64,000 nt of DNA, taken from assembly GCF_009914755.1 (NCBI RefSeq), contig NC_060926.1; one strand, given 5' to 3'. Origin of the DNA: the human T2T-CHM13v2.0 reference genome, Homo sapiens. The notes under the pieces are model-generated. The model did no database searches. It was not told where the DNA came from and saw only the letters and a list, made by a program, of their open reading frames with translations. The position numbers were made by a program, and so were the translations under genes. This document shows positions 14,868-30,803 of this stretch, in pieces. Each line of letters starts with the position of its first letter. Within the stretch, counting starts at the first letter, position 1.

Positions 14868-15151
14868 GCCTGTAATCCCAGCACTTTGGAAGGCCGAGGT
14901 GGGCAGATCACCAGGTCAGGAGATCGAGACCATCCTGGCTAACACGATGAAACCCCGTCTCTATTAAAAATACAAAAAATTAGCTGGGTGTGGTGGCGGG
15001 CACCTGTAGTCCAGCTGCTCAGGAGGCTGAGGCAGGAGAATGGCGTGAACCCGGGAGGCGAAGCTTGCAGTGAGCCGAGATCGCGCCACTGTACTCTAGC
15101 CTGGGCGACAGAGCAAGACTCCGTCTCAAAAAAAAAAAAAAAACAGAAAAA
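14868..15151 (+). mobile_element. AluY, slightly 5'-truncated
   Basis: Starts at gcctgtaatccca. AluY diagnostics gagatcgagaccatcctggctaac and aatggcgtgaacc. 17-bp TSD agaaaacaagcaaaact at 14851-14867 and 15152-15168. Confidence 0.96.
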
Positions 15152-15231
15152 AGAAAACAAGCAAAACTTAGAGTGAGAAGAAAAGAAGGCCTAGGACCTT
15201 GGCTTGAGGAACTTGTTAGCAAAGGAGACAA

Positions 15232-15365
15232 TGTTAGTCAGGGCTCTCCAGAGAGAAAGAACCAATAAGATATATGCAGGGGTGTGTGTGTGTGTGTGTG
15301 CGTGCACGTGTGTGTGTGTGTTATATATAAATTATATATATATATAAATTATATATACATATATA
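15232..15365 (-). mobile_element. MLT2 LTR terminal fragment with (TG)n/(TA)n microsatellite
   Basis: tgttagtcagggctctccagagagaaagaaccaataagatat resembles 51950-51985 and the MLT2 end. Confidence 0.6.
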
Positions 15366-16044
15366 AAAAGGCCACCAATAGAAGACAATTCTCTTACTAA
15401 TTCCACGTTGTCAGACTCAGAGTACACCATAAATAATTTTTCCCCTTAGAGCACCTTTTTCATTTTCACTTCTGAGATAGGGATCGATCCCTTTTCTCTG
15501 ACCCACCCAGGGCAGTTGTTCAGAAAGCACACCACTCTTGACTCCAGCTCCTGTAGAAATGAGAGACACTGTGATTGTGCATCTGCCCCTCTGACTTTGT
15601 CTCGGGCTTGGGCAGGGAGTCTGTGCCACAGCCCTTGGCTCCACTCTTCTATCTCTGTTGCCTTGCATAGGTGTTTAACAACTTATCCAGCTTGTAATTC
15701 AATATCCACTGTGAGGTTGCCAGGTGGTTTTATTTTTCCTTTTAAATTAAATACTGATAAAGATCTTAGACCATGACAAATTCAGAGCAAATGTTACAAA
15801 TGTTTTCCCTCTGATTCCTTCTCTTTCAGTCCAATAAGCTAAGGCCTTAATTTCAGCATCATTTCTTTTTATTCAGAGTAGAGATTGGTGCCATACAATT
15901 TCCCTCAAATGGGCTTTCCTTGACATTCTTCAGCTGAGAAGAGTAGCAGACCCTCACCTCTGCATTTGGTTTCTACATCTTGCCTACATTTCCTAAAGTG
16001 ATGTGGGGTGAGCCTAGGTCACACGGCAGGGAATGGGTCAGGTC

Positions 16045-16251
16045 ACTTGACTCCCGGTCTTGCGCTCAGTCCTCTCTACCACTCCACCCTCCAGGGCTCA
16101 TGGCTTGATCCTCTCCAGCCTCAACCTGGCCAGGTTTCCCCTCAAGCCTCCAGAGCCTAAGGAAGAGGAGTTGACAGGAAGGACAGGGACCAGTGTCATT
16201 TGGTCCCTGATCTCTCTTGGGACAGCTCCCCAAGCAACTGAACCAGAGCTG
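16045..16251 (+). repeat. 207-bp direct repeat, copy 2
   Basis: 201 of 207 bases identical to 14384-14590, at an offset of 1661 bp. Confidence 0.97.
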
Positions 16252-16507
16252 AGGAAGAGGAGGCAACAGGAGATGGTGGGCTAGACTCAATTCCCTGCAC
16301 ATTAGCATAGCAGCCTGGTGCTCCCTATGCCCCTGAGGAGGTCTCTGAGGCTTAAACCCTTGAAGAAACTCAAGAACTGATTAGAAGACACCCTGTCAGG
16401 AATGGGGTGAGTGTAAGGGATCAGGTGATGACCAGTATTGAATAAGGCTCAAAGAAGGAATGAAAGTCAAAGATGGGGTGAGAGTCAGGGATGTTTATGG
16501 CACATAT

Positions 16508-16832
16508 GAATCAGCCCACTGTATCCACAGGTTCCACATCTGAGGCCTCAACCAACCGTGGATTGAAAATGTTTGTAAAAGAGAAACAATAAAACATAAC
16601 AACACAACAATAAAAGATAATATAAGTAAAAAATACAGCATAACAACTATTTACATAACATTTACATTGTATTAGGTATTATAACTAATCTAGAGATGAT
16701 TTAAAGCACACAGGAGAATGCATGTAGGTTATATGCAAATCCTGCACCATGTTATATAAGGAACTTAAGCATTTGCTGATTTTGTATGGTGGAATCTTGG
16801 AATCAATCCCCATCAGATACTAAGGATGACAG
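16508..16832. mobile_element. MER2-type TcMar-Tigger DNA transposon relic
   Basis: acaactatttacataacatttacattgtattaggtattataactaatctagagatgatttaaag...ggttatatgcaaat is characteristic of MER2. Confidence 0.8.
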
Positions 16833-18509
16833 TATTGGTAAATAAATCACGTATTTTTCCACTGTACTCTACCAAATGTCCTCGACACCAGAACAATCAT
16901 GCTTCCTGTTCAGAGGCAGAACTCCAGGCTCCAAGAACACCAGTGGGACAGAATGTACAAAGGTCAAGACTCAGACACCAGCACAAATGGCACATATTCT
17001 CTGTGCCAGATGCCTCACAAGCTATTTCATCTACTGCCCAAAACAGCCCTTCAAGTCAGTGCTTTAAGATTCACCTGCCAGTTAAAGAAACAAGGCTCCA
17101 AAGGTTGGGGTACAAAGAACAAGACAGGTGCCAGTCACGGTAAGCAGGGTACAAGGTGGTCTATTTAGTCACAAAGAACAAAACAAAATGCAGTTGGCTC
17201 AACTCCTAAAGGCTGAGCACACGGTCAGTTGGAAATATGACGAGATCCTTGCCACTGTGTTACTGCCCTTGGGCCCCCTAAATTCTCCCTAACTAGGGAA
17301 CTGCATTGGTCTAGACTGGCACCTAGGTGAGACTGAATGGGCAACATGAAGCCAAGCAGCTCTCGCTATGGGCAGTAGTGAGCTAAGGAGCAGGGAGTCA
17401 GGCCTGTTTTCTGCAAATAGCGCCCACCCCACCCCTTCCCTCTCTGGCAGTCCCTGCTCAGTGCGTGGCTGCTGCTCAGAGTGCACTTTCTGATGGCGTG
17501 TTTGCATATGGCCTCGGATGCTCTATATCCAAAGTCCTTCGCAAGCTGTGCTTCAGCCACTGAGCAAACTGGAATGGAAACCAGAGCATTACACAATTCC
17601 TGGGTTTACAGACTTTGAAAGGCACCAAGAGTGGTTTGTTGGGGTTGAGATTGGCCACATCCCAGTGTGCTTTTCTGGGACTTTGTAACAGTTATTTCTG
17701 AGAGGGTTTCACTGAGCCCTAGAGAGACTGCTAGAAGGTCAACACAGAGGGCTCTCGAAGCACAGCAGAGACAGGCAACAAACCCGTCACAACCACAGCA
17801 TTCAGCCCCCTCCCCTGCCCTCTTAGGGTAGGTTGCTCTAAGCTCTCTAAGAACACACAGAATTAAGTAAGGGTTTATTTCCCAGTTGCCTCAACAAATA
17901 TTTATTCAGCTGTGTATAAGACCTCATGTTTCTCACCAGACTGTGATGCTGTGTAATGTACCTTTGATTCCCTGGCACCTATTCCTGGGCCTAAAAGAAG
18001 TGGATGCTCTACAGTTGTTAGTCAAATGAATTAGCATACACCATCTAGTCCTAGAATTTGGAAAACGCCCTATAATGTGAAACAGTCAACAAATCCCCTG
18101 TCACCAATTGAGTCTACCTGCCGTCCCATAAATGACTTCTCACATCTTTCCTAATAGCACAAAATTGCTCTCAAGCTCGAGTGAAATAAGTCTAACCTGT
18201 GATGAACTGCCGAATGAATTAATAAACACCACTTCATGGAAAGTGTTCTGTGGGAATGTGACATGGTCAGAAATATGATTGGCAGAGGTCATAGAGTGGA
18301 TGGGAACCTACCAGTGTGTGGTTTCTGATATTTTTTCCTGCATAAGAGATGAGTTTCTCATGGCTCCTATATTCCCAACAGGCACGTTTAAAACATGTCC
18401 CCTTCTTTGTCTCTCAGGAAAGCAAATCAATCAGTAGGCAAATGCATAAAATTGATATCTTCACAAGGACAAACCTGAATGTGCTCTCTTTTTAAAAATC
18501 ACAATCCTA

Positions 18510-18730
18510 ATAATGGACAGCCTTTACTGAGTGCTTACTCTATGCTAAGCACTGTGCCATGAGCTTTGCATATATGATCCCATTTGAGCTAGAAACAACC
18601 AACCCTGTGTGGTTTGTTCTGTAGGATCTTCATTTTGCAGATTAGGAAACGGGCCTATAGAGGTTGCAGAACATTTCCAGGAGTAATATGTGTGTGGGAC
18701 TGAAATGCAGGTCTTGACATTAACACTGTC
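18510..18730 (-). mobile_element. MIR
   Basis: tttactgagtgcttactctatgctaagcactgtgc...cattttgcagattaggaaacgggcctatagaggtt. Confidence 0.7.
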
Positions 18731-19045
18731 CTGTCTCTAAAATTATCATACTCAAATTTCAGTACTTGGTGACTGTCATCATAAGTTGTCATGCTGTCCC
18801 TCACAACTGACTGCCACAATCTGTGTACTATAACAGAGAGAAACGTTTACCAAAAGTACGGTCTGGCTTTTATCAAAACTAACTTTTTGCTTCATGGTTT
18901 GAACCAAATTGTCCAATACTGATTTGAGTTACTCGGGTCTTAAAAAGCAATACGTTAATAACTGTCTCTTACTGATTGTCTATAATGTCCTACTCACTAT
19001 ATCAGACATTTTTCAAAAATTATTTCTAATAAAAATAGATATCTA

Positions 19046-19361
19046 GGCCAGGTGCGGTGGCTCACGCCTGTAATCCCAGCACTTTGGGAGGCCGAGGTAG
19101 GTGGATCATGAGGTCAGGAGTTCGAGACCAGCCTGGCCAACATAGTGAAACCCCATCTCTACTAAAAATACAAAAAATTAGCTGGGCCTGGTGGCGGGTG
19201 CCTGTAATCCCAGCTACTCAGAAGGCTGAGGCAGGAGAATCACTTGAATCTGGGAGGCGGAGGTTACAGGGAGCCAAGATCACGCCATTGCACTCCAGCC
19301 CGGGTGACAGTGCAAGACTCCATCTCAAGGAAAAAAAAAAAGAAAAGAAGAAGAAAGAAAA
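19046..19361 (+). mobile_element. Alu SINE (AluSg-like)
   Basis: Full dimer with a 15-bp TSD aaaaatagatatcta at 19031-19045 and 19362-19376. Confidence 0.96.
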
Positions 19362-22300
19362 AAAAATAGATATCTAAAGTATGATAAATAAAGTTGGAGC
19401 AGGACAGAAAGGGGAGCCAAGTCTTCCCCCACTTATGAGTTTCATTTTTCAGGCTCCAGAGGCCTTTCATGTCTCTTTTTCCCACTCTTGAAAAGTCTCA
19501 GTTGATGCCTTTCCTTCTCTCCTCCTTTGTTGATATCCTTCTCCACTGGCATCATCTCTACCCCTCCCCTTGGCTAAGATGTGAGCTGTGACTTCCTGCT
19601 GGGCAGGATGAGATGATCTGGGAGAATAGTCCTCTGAGATGCGCGGAGAATGGGGTGGGAAGTTATGTGAGAAAGAGAAGCCATAGCAGGGCGAGTGCTC
19701 CAAGGAGGGGTGCAAAGCCCATGTAGGTAAATGAAATGGAGTGGTGGTCCTTCTGAGGAGAAAATGGAAAGGCCAGGAGAAGGGGCTGACTACAAGTAAC
19801 CACAGTCTTTTGGGAGGAGAGGAAAAGGCAAAAGAAATGTCTAGAAAGCACGGATGTTCTTTATGAACAACCACACAGGAAGATTAAAAGCAGTGTTTTC
19901 CTCACCAAGCATTGACATTTGTGTGGAAGTCCTGTTGACCACTGCATCATTTCTCTCTGTCGTTCTCGCCAATGCCCACCAGAGTCTGGAAGTCACGCCC
20001 AGAGAAATGTCTTCAAGGACTGAGCAGAAGTGAATTCTCTGCAGCCCTCAACACTTGAGCAGCTTCCTGAATGACAAACCTCACTAAGGCCGGGTCTTTT
20101 TCACAGACCTGGGAGCAGGGGTCAGTAGCGGGCAGGCTGTGCGGCAAACATACCATTGTCATTTGGATGAGGAAAGACATTAAGCGGGAACAGGGCAGGG
20201 TAGGGATTCGTTCATACTTAAAAAAAAAAAAAAAGTTTGGTTAGACAATCAAGGAGACGTGCAAATGTTCCCCAGCCTTCAGTGAAATGCTTTCAGGCTT
20301 TCACGTGAAAAGTTTGTACATTAATTTACTTCAAACTTGTCCACAATTGTGAACTGTCAATATCAATATGGGCCCATGTGCTGCCTATTTGAAGATGATG
20401 CTACCATTGTTGATTATCCTGGATGTGTATGAATTTAGTTGAAAAGACTGCTGCATGCTCAGCTGTTTCCTCTGTTGCACAAAAAACTGATTTCAAACTG
20501 TAGCCGTTTGAAAATATATACCACCAAAAAGTTTGATGTAAAAATAAGCAAGTGCTTCCTTAACCCGTGTTTTCACAAATAGCTGATTCAATCACTTTGA
20601 TTTTAAATTAGCAAGTCAACAAGTCAGTTTCATTAAAAATACATGCACAGTCTAATTCATTGGTTGACTGAACTGACCGTTCCCAGGAAGCAGCAGCGTG
20701 AGGTGTTGCTAAGAGAAGTGGCTTGAATATCAGGGCAGCCTTGCCATGGGTCTGGACGCCACTGCACACCAGTTGTAAGAACATGGGTGAGCCTCTGAGC
20801 CTCTGGACATTTGTCTCTACCTCCTGGATTCTGGCGATAATCATAGTGTAAGTAGAAATAAATTTGTATGCTACCAAGTTCTCTACAAAATCTAGTTATT
20901 ACTATCAATAACTGTCACATAGCCCCAAAGCCAAGTATTCATCAACTCTTTGAAATGTCAGCATTACATTTGACACACTTATTCACGGGAACCTTCCCAT
21001 GCTTAACAACTGCTGTCCCTCTCCTGTCTGAATCATACTTTCTAATAGTTCTCAACAGTGCCCTTTATTAACAATTTAATTCAGCGCTCCCACAGTTAGT
21101 TATAAGCCCAACTACAACTGCAGTTAATGGAAAATCTCCTTTATACGAGGTGCATCTGCTGTGACATCTGTCTGGAAGCCATGGAGAGGATTCAGTGTTC
21201 ATAAGCAAATTGAGTAATTACTATGTAATCACACAGTAAATTGTGTAGTCACTGATTTGCTCTCAAAATTCATATCTTTGGGACATAATATTAAAACCAC
21301 CTGGGTTCTTTCAGAATGGGCAGGTATGTTCTTAAAATGGCCAAAATAAGGATTTGAGGTAAACACTTGTGGCCAAAAAATTAGAGTATTATCTCCAGAA
21401 GAGAGAAAGAGAAAGTGGTGCAGCGGGAAGAAATGAGAATGTGGAAAGGAGATATGAATAGAGGGAAAAAGAGATGGGAGGGACGCTTTAAAGGTGGATT
21501 ACTAAGTGCTTTCTCAGTCATCTCATGAAATCTGTGACATTTTTGAGCCTCACTGGTTGGAGAAAACACAGAGAAATATAAATGAGGAAGAGAGATCAGA
21601 GATGCAAGATTTTACCTGTCTCAGGAAGAGCCCATCACTGGTGACAGCTATTTGGACTTTGGAAAACTGCAACATATGTAGAGAGGAGAGAAAATAATGA
21701 CTCAAAAGATAGTGTCTAATAGTCTTTTATAATCACCTAGATTTACAGTGGTAAAACCTGAGACCTAATAGTTCGCCAAATGGTTACAAAACATGAATCT
21801 GTGGCACTCTCTAAACTCCCTTTTAAAAAGCCAGTCAACAGACAGTAGCCATATATATTGTGTGTAATGTATACAAGGTGAGATTCTTGAAATAAGACAA
21901 AATATAAATAAATAAGGCAGCAGCATGGCACCATGGAAGGAAGGCTGACTATAGATTGTGGCTGACACTAGTTTGAATCCTGGCTCTCCTGAAGTGCCAT
22001 AGAGAGCTGCTGATGTTCAACCATTTTTAAGCTACATAAATGACAATTTCATGTGCTTCCACCAAATGGAATTAGACGTCTCTAAATACTCCAGGCTTCA
22101 GTTTCATTATTTCTAAAAGTAAGGATGATAACTTGAGAATTACAGAATAGTTTCTGACACCAACGTACTATACATTATTAGCAAAAGTAGTATTGTTATC
22201 ACAAGTTGTAATTACCATATACACACATGCCAGAAGAGGTGTACAAACCTCCCACTGTCAATCCCCCAGCAAAATGACACCATTACTGTACAATGGGAAT

Positions 22301-24439
22301 GGGGACAAAATAAGTCAATGCAGCAAAATCCAAAGTTATGAGAATCTCACTTTTAACCACCATATACTTAAAAATACAAATTTCACTGAACAGTTAATAT
22401 GAGGAGTTTCAATTAAATATGAGGACTCACTTGTTAAAGCAAAGGCATTTGCATAACTATGCAAACATATGTCCAGTTTCTAAAACCAAAATTTTATGCT
22501 GAACACCCACCCTCAACAAACGCTCTATTAAAAATTAGTTACTATGCAATTGCATTAACATCAAATGGTTAGATTTTAAACAGCAAAGTGCTTTCCTAAC
22601 AAACATGTTCCTTCACAATCTTCAAAAGTTCTATACAGGGGCAAGTGAGGGTAGTGCAGTGTAGTAGTTAAATGTACAAAGCAACGTAAAGTAAAAATGC
22701 AGCCCAAAGCAATCCATTACATGAACATGGGTTCCTTCCTTTGGGGGAGGAGCGGCTGCACATGGCACCATTAGAGGTGACAGCAGGGAACGAGCCAGGG
22801 CCATTAGTCAGTTTGCTAAGTAGAAATGGGAAGCAAGTTCAATGGAGCAAAAAGGTTTCTGCTCTGCAGACTTGATGGAGAGCAGTGTGATTGGTTTCTT
22901 AAGGGACAGGCAGAGGGGCAATGCGTAATTTCTCCTCCCCTCACTGAACATGCCTGTTTATCAGAGATGATCAACACCTTAGATAACACATTATGCAAAT
23001 GACTGTGGCAGTTTGGCACCTAATGCAGTCTCCCTGCCAGAGTTTCGATTCACTCTCACTGTGGTCTGGGAAAAGTGAAAATAAACATGCCTCCCTTCCC
23101 TCCTTGGCTTCTTTGTCCTTGAAATAAATATTCTTCCAAGCCCACAGCTCGGAGGCTTAGCTGTATGGCAGATGGCAGTATCTCCTGCAGAGGTTATGAA
23201 TATGAAACTCACAGGCTAGGAAATTAATTTAACAAAAACAAAAATAGAGGCACTAGGGATTATGGCAGGTCATACAGTGGGTATCTCAGGGAAATTCAAT
23301 TCCTTAAGATTCGGAAAGATTCCAAAGATGTTTCAGTGATAATGAATCAGATGAAACTCACTCCCCAAGGTAGCTATTTCCTGATTTGCTCATTGAAAAA
23401 TGACACTGGGCAATAACAGAAAAACTACGCGTGATGTAAATTCTTCTTTTCTCCCACCATTGAAATGGGCATATCTTAACCTGGAGAAAGGAAAACTGAA
23501 AGTTACCTATCTATCTAAACATAGTTACTATAAAAAGATAATTGATTGGACCAAGTCCCAAAATAAAACTGGAGGATACGTGCTCAAACTACACAAATAG
23601 CTATTCTATCCATGAAAAAATGACATCTTTAAGTAAATATGATCAGATCTGAGTACAAATTCCCAAAGGAAATACTGGAAGCTCCTGCTGTAATTCCTAA
23701 GATACATCTGTATCTAAGGTACTGTTTACACCTAGAGTAGATAATTTTCCTAAATTATCTCTAAGACTACTTCCAACGCTGAAATTTGAGGTGTAAGGAT
23801 AACATCAGAATTTTTTATTAAAAAAACAAGCTCAATGTTGTTGGATTTCTATATCAGTGAGGAGTAGAACTCTATTGCAGAGTAGATTCTTATCTAAAAA
23901 AGGAACTTTGCTGCACAAAATAGGGTATGCTGGTCTCTGTTTCAAAAACAGTCTTTAACAAAAGGCAGAGTTCAAAAACAAACAGAATGAGATCAGAGCT
24001 GTGGTATTCCTGTGGGTCATCATGTCTTTATACTCAGATTAAAAGGAGCCTCCACTTTGTATCATGAAGACTGGGTACATGTAACAGTCTTCTGTATAAA
24101 CATCTGTGCCCAGAGTAGAAAATTTAAGCTTGAAGTTAATAATAAATAGCACCCAAATGGAGCCTAGGTTTTTCCTTATAAAAAGCAAGCAGTGTCTGAA
24201 TAATGGTTTCCTTATTGTGCATCCTTTGTAAGGTCATAAAATGAGAAGATGGAGAAAGATTGGCTTGTCCTGGCTTGTCCGTCCTTGAAAGCCATTGTGG
24301 TCTCTTTTCCAGAAGATGACAAGTCTCCTAATAGAGACTTCAGTTCTAGGTTAGATTCTGCTGGCTCTTTTACTTTGGTTACAAATGGTTAGACTTTCTA
24401 CAAATGTTCTCCCCATAAGATATAGTAATAAAGTTTCTA

Positions 24440-24701
24440 GGCAGCACTTTGGGAGGCCGAGGCAGGTGGATCACCTGAGGTCAGGAATTTGAGACCAGCC
24501 TGGCCAATATGGCAAAACCCCATCTCCACTAAAAATACAAAAGTTGGCTGGGCACAGTGCCACACACCCGTAATCCCAGCTACTCAGGAGGCTGAAGCAG
24601 AAGAACTGCTTGAACCTAGGAGGTGGAGGTTGCAGTGAGCCAAGATTGCAACACTGCACTCTAGGCTGGGCAACAAAGCAAAACTCCACCTCAAAAAAAA
24701 A
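24440..24701 (+). mobile_element. Alu SINE (AluSx/Sz-like) missing about 30 nt at the 5' end
   Basis: Begins gg-cagcactttgggagg. TSD aaagtttcta on both sides. Confidence 0.95.
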
Positions 24702-24858
24702 AAAGTTTCTAAACTAGTTACACTCATAAATATGTTGAGATCTGTGCCCAAGGAGAGGCCTGACATTTTTATGCAAGCTAAGAAACTCTGCCTCTGTCTT
24801 ACATCTTGTCATTAATTTCACTGAAAATGACAACTTGATAGATACGCCTATGTGATAG

Positions 24859-25338
24859 TCATAACCTCCTTGAAAAGCCTTTTTGAGGGGAGGAGCCAAG
24901 CTGGCCAAATAGGAACAGCTCCGGTCTACAGCTCCCAGCATGAGCGACGCAGAAGACGGGTGATTTCTGCATTTCCATCTGAGGTACCGGGTTCATCTCA
25001 CTAGGGAGTGCCAGACAGTGGGTGCAGGTTAGTGGGTGCAGCACACCATGCGCGAGCCGAAGCAGGGCGAGGCATTGCCTCACACAGGAAGCGCAAGGGG
25101 TCAGGGAGTTCCCTTTCCTAGTCAAAGAAAGGGGTGACAGATGGCACCTGGAAAATTGGGTCACTCCCACCCGAATACTGTGCTTTTCCGACGGGCTTAA
25201 AAAACGGCGCACCAGGAGATTATATCCTGCACCTGGCTTGGAGGGTCCTATGCCCACGGAGTCTCGCTGATTGCTAGCACAGCAGTCTGAGATCAAACTG
25301 CAAAGTGGCAGCGAGGCTGGGGGAGGGGCACCCACCAT
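24859..25338 (-). other. L1 antisense ORF0 homolog, open for 159 aa
   Basis: From ATG 25338 (gcaATGg) it reads MVGAPPPASLPLCSLISDCCASNQRDSVGIGPS..., matching the known primate L1 ORF0 N-terminus. The stop lies in flanking DNA. Confidence 0.7.
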
Positions 25339-25918
25339 TGCCCATGCTTGCTTAGGTAAACAAAGCAGCTGGGAAGCTCCAACTGGGTGGAGCCCACCAC
25401 AGCTCAAGGAGGGCTGCCTGCCTCTGTAGGCTCCACCTCTGGGGGCAGGGCACAGACAAACAAAAAGACAGCAGTAACCTCTGCAGACTTAAATGTCCCT
25501 GTCTGACAGCCTTGAAGAGAGCAGTGGTTCTCCCAGCATGCAGCTGGAGATCTGAGAACGGGCAGACTGCCTCCTCAAGTGGGTCCCTGACCCCTGAGCA
25601 GCCTAACTGGGAGGCACCCCCAAGTAGGGGCAGACTGACACCTCACACAGCCGGGTACTCCTCTGAGACAAAACTTCCAGAGGAACGATCAGACAGCAGC
25701 GTTCACGGTTCACGAAAAACCACTGTTCTGCAGACACTACTGCTGATACCCAGGCAAACAGGGTCTGGAGTGGACCTCTAGCAAACTCCAACAGACCTGC
25801 AGCTGAGGGTCCTGTCTGTTTGTTAGAAGGAAAACTAACAAACAGAAAGGACATCCACACCAAAAACCCATCTGTACATCACCATCATCAAAGACCAAAA
25901 GTAGATAAAACCACAAAG

Positions 25919-26930
25919 ATGGGGAAAAAACAGAGCAGAAAAACTGGAAACTAAAAAGCAGAGCACTTCTCCTCCTCCAAAGTATCGCAGTTCCTCACCT
26001 TCAATGGAACAAAGCTGGACGGAGAACGACTTTGACAAGTTGAGAGAAGAAGGCTTCAGACGATCAAACTACAAGCTACAGGAGGAAATTCAAACCAAAG
26101 GCAAAGAAGTTAAAAACTTTGAAAAAAATTTAGAAGAATGTATAACTAGAATAACCAATACAGAGAAGTGCTTAAAGGAGCTGATGGAGCTGAAAGCCAA
26201 GGCTCGAGAACTATGTGAAGAATGCAGAAGCCTCAGGAGCCGATGCGATCAACTGGAAGAAAGGGTATCAGCAATGGAAGATGAAATGAATGAAATGAAG
26301 CAAGAAGGGAAGTTTAGAGAAAAAAGAATAAAAAGAAACGAACAAAGCCTCTAAGAAATATGGGACTATGTGAAAAGACCAAATCTACGTCTGATTGGTG
26401 TACCTGAAAGTGATGGGGAGAATGGAACCAAGTTGGAAAACACTCTGCAGGATATTATCCAGGAGAACTTCCCCAATCTAGCAAGGCAGGCCAACATTCA
26501 GATTCAGGAAATACAGAGAACACCACAAAGATAATCCTCAAGAAGAGCAACTCCAAGACACATAATTGTCAGATTCACCAGAGTTGAAATGAAGGAAAAA
26601 ATTTTAAGGCAGCCAGAGAGAAAGGGCGGGTTACCCCACAAAGGGAAGCCCATCAGACTAACAGCGGATCTCTCGGGAGAAACTCTACAAGCCAGAAGAG
26701 AGTGGGGGCCAATATTCAACATTCTTAAAGAAAAGAATTTTCAACCCAGAATTTCATATCCAGCCAAACTAAGCTTCATAAGTGAAGGAGAAATAAAATA
26801 CTTTACAGACAAGCAAATGCTGAGAGATTTTGTCACCACCAGGCCTGCCCTAAAAGAGCTCCTGAAGGAAGAACTAAACATGGAAAGGAACAACCGGTAA
26901 CAGCTGCTGCAAAATCATGCCAAAATGTAA
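25919..26930 (+). pseudogene. L1 ORF1p, disrupted
   Basis: Starts ATGGGGAAAAAACAG. Fragments 26004-26354 (coiled coil) and 26589-26900 match ORF1p. Contains a frameshift near the start and in-frame stops. Confidence 0.93.
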
Positions 26931-26993
26931 AGACCATCGAGGCTAGGAAGAAACTGCATCAACTAAGGAGCAAAATAACCAGCTAACATCATA

Positions 26994-30803
<3,810 letters not shown>

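Larger units (their letters stand above)
13460..15230 (-). mobile_element. Fragmented L2 LINE relic, interrupted by a MIR, a 207-bp local copy and an Alu
   Basis: L2 3'-end-like ttcattcaacaagtac... and internal tttagaaagatcactatagctgg, ggatgtggtgatggattagg, gagagatctctgagctagaatataaactt. Confidence 0.65.
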
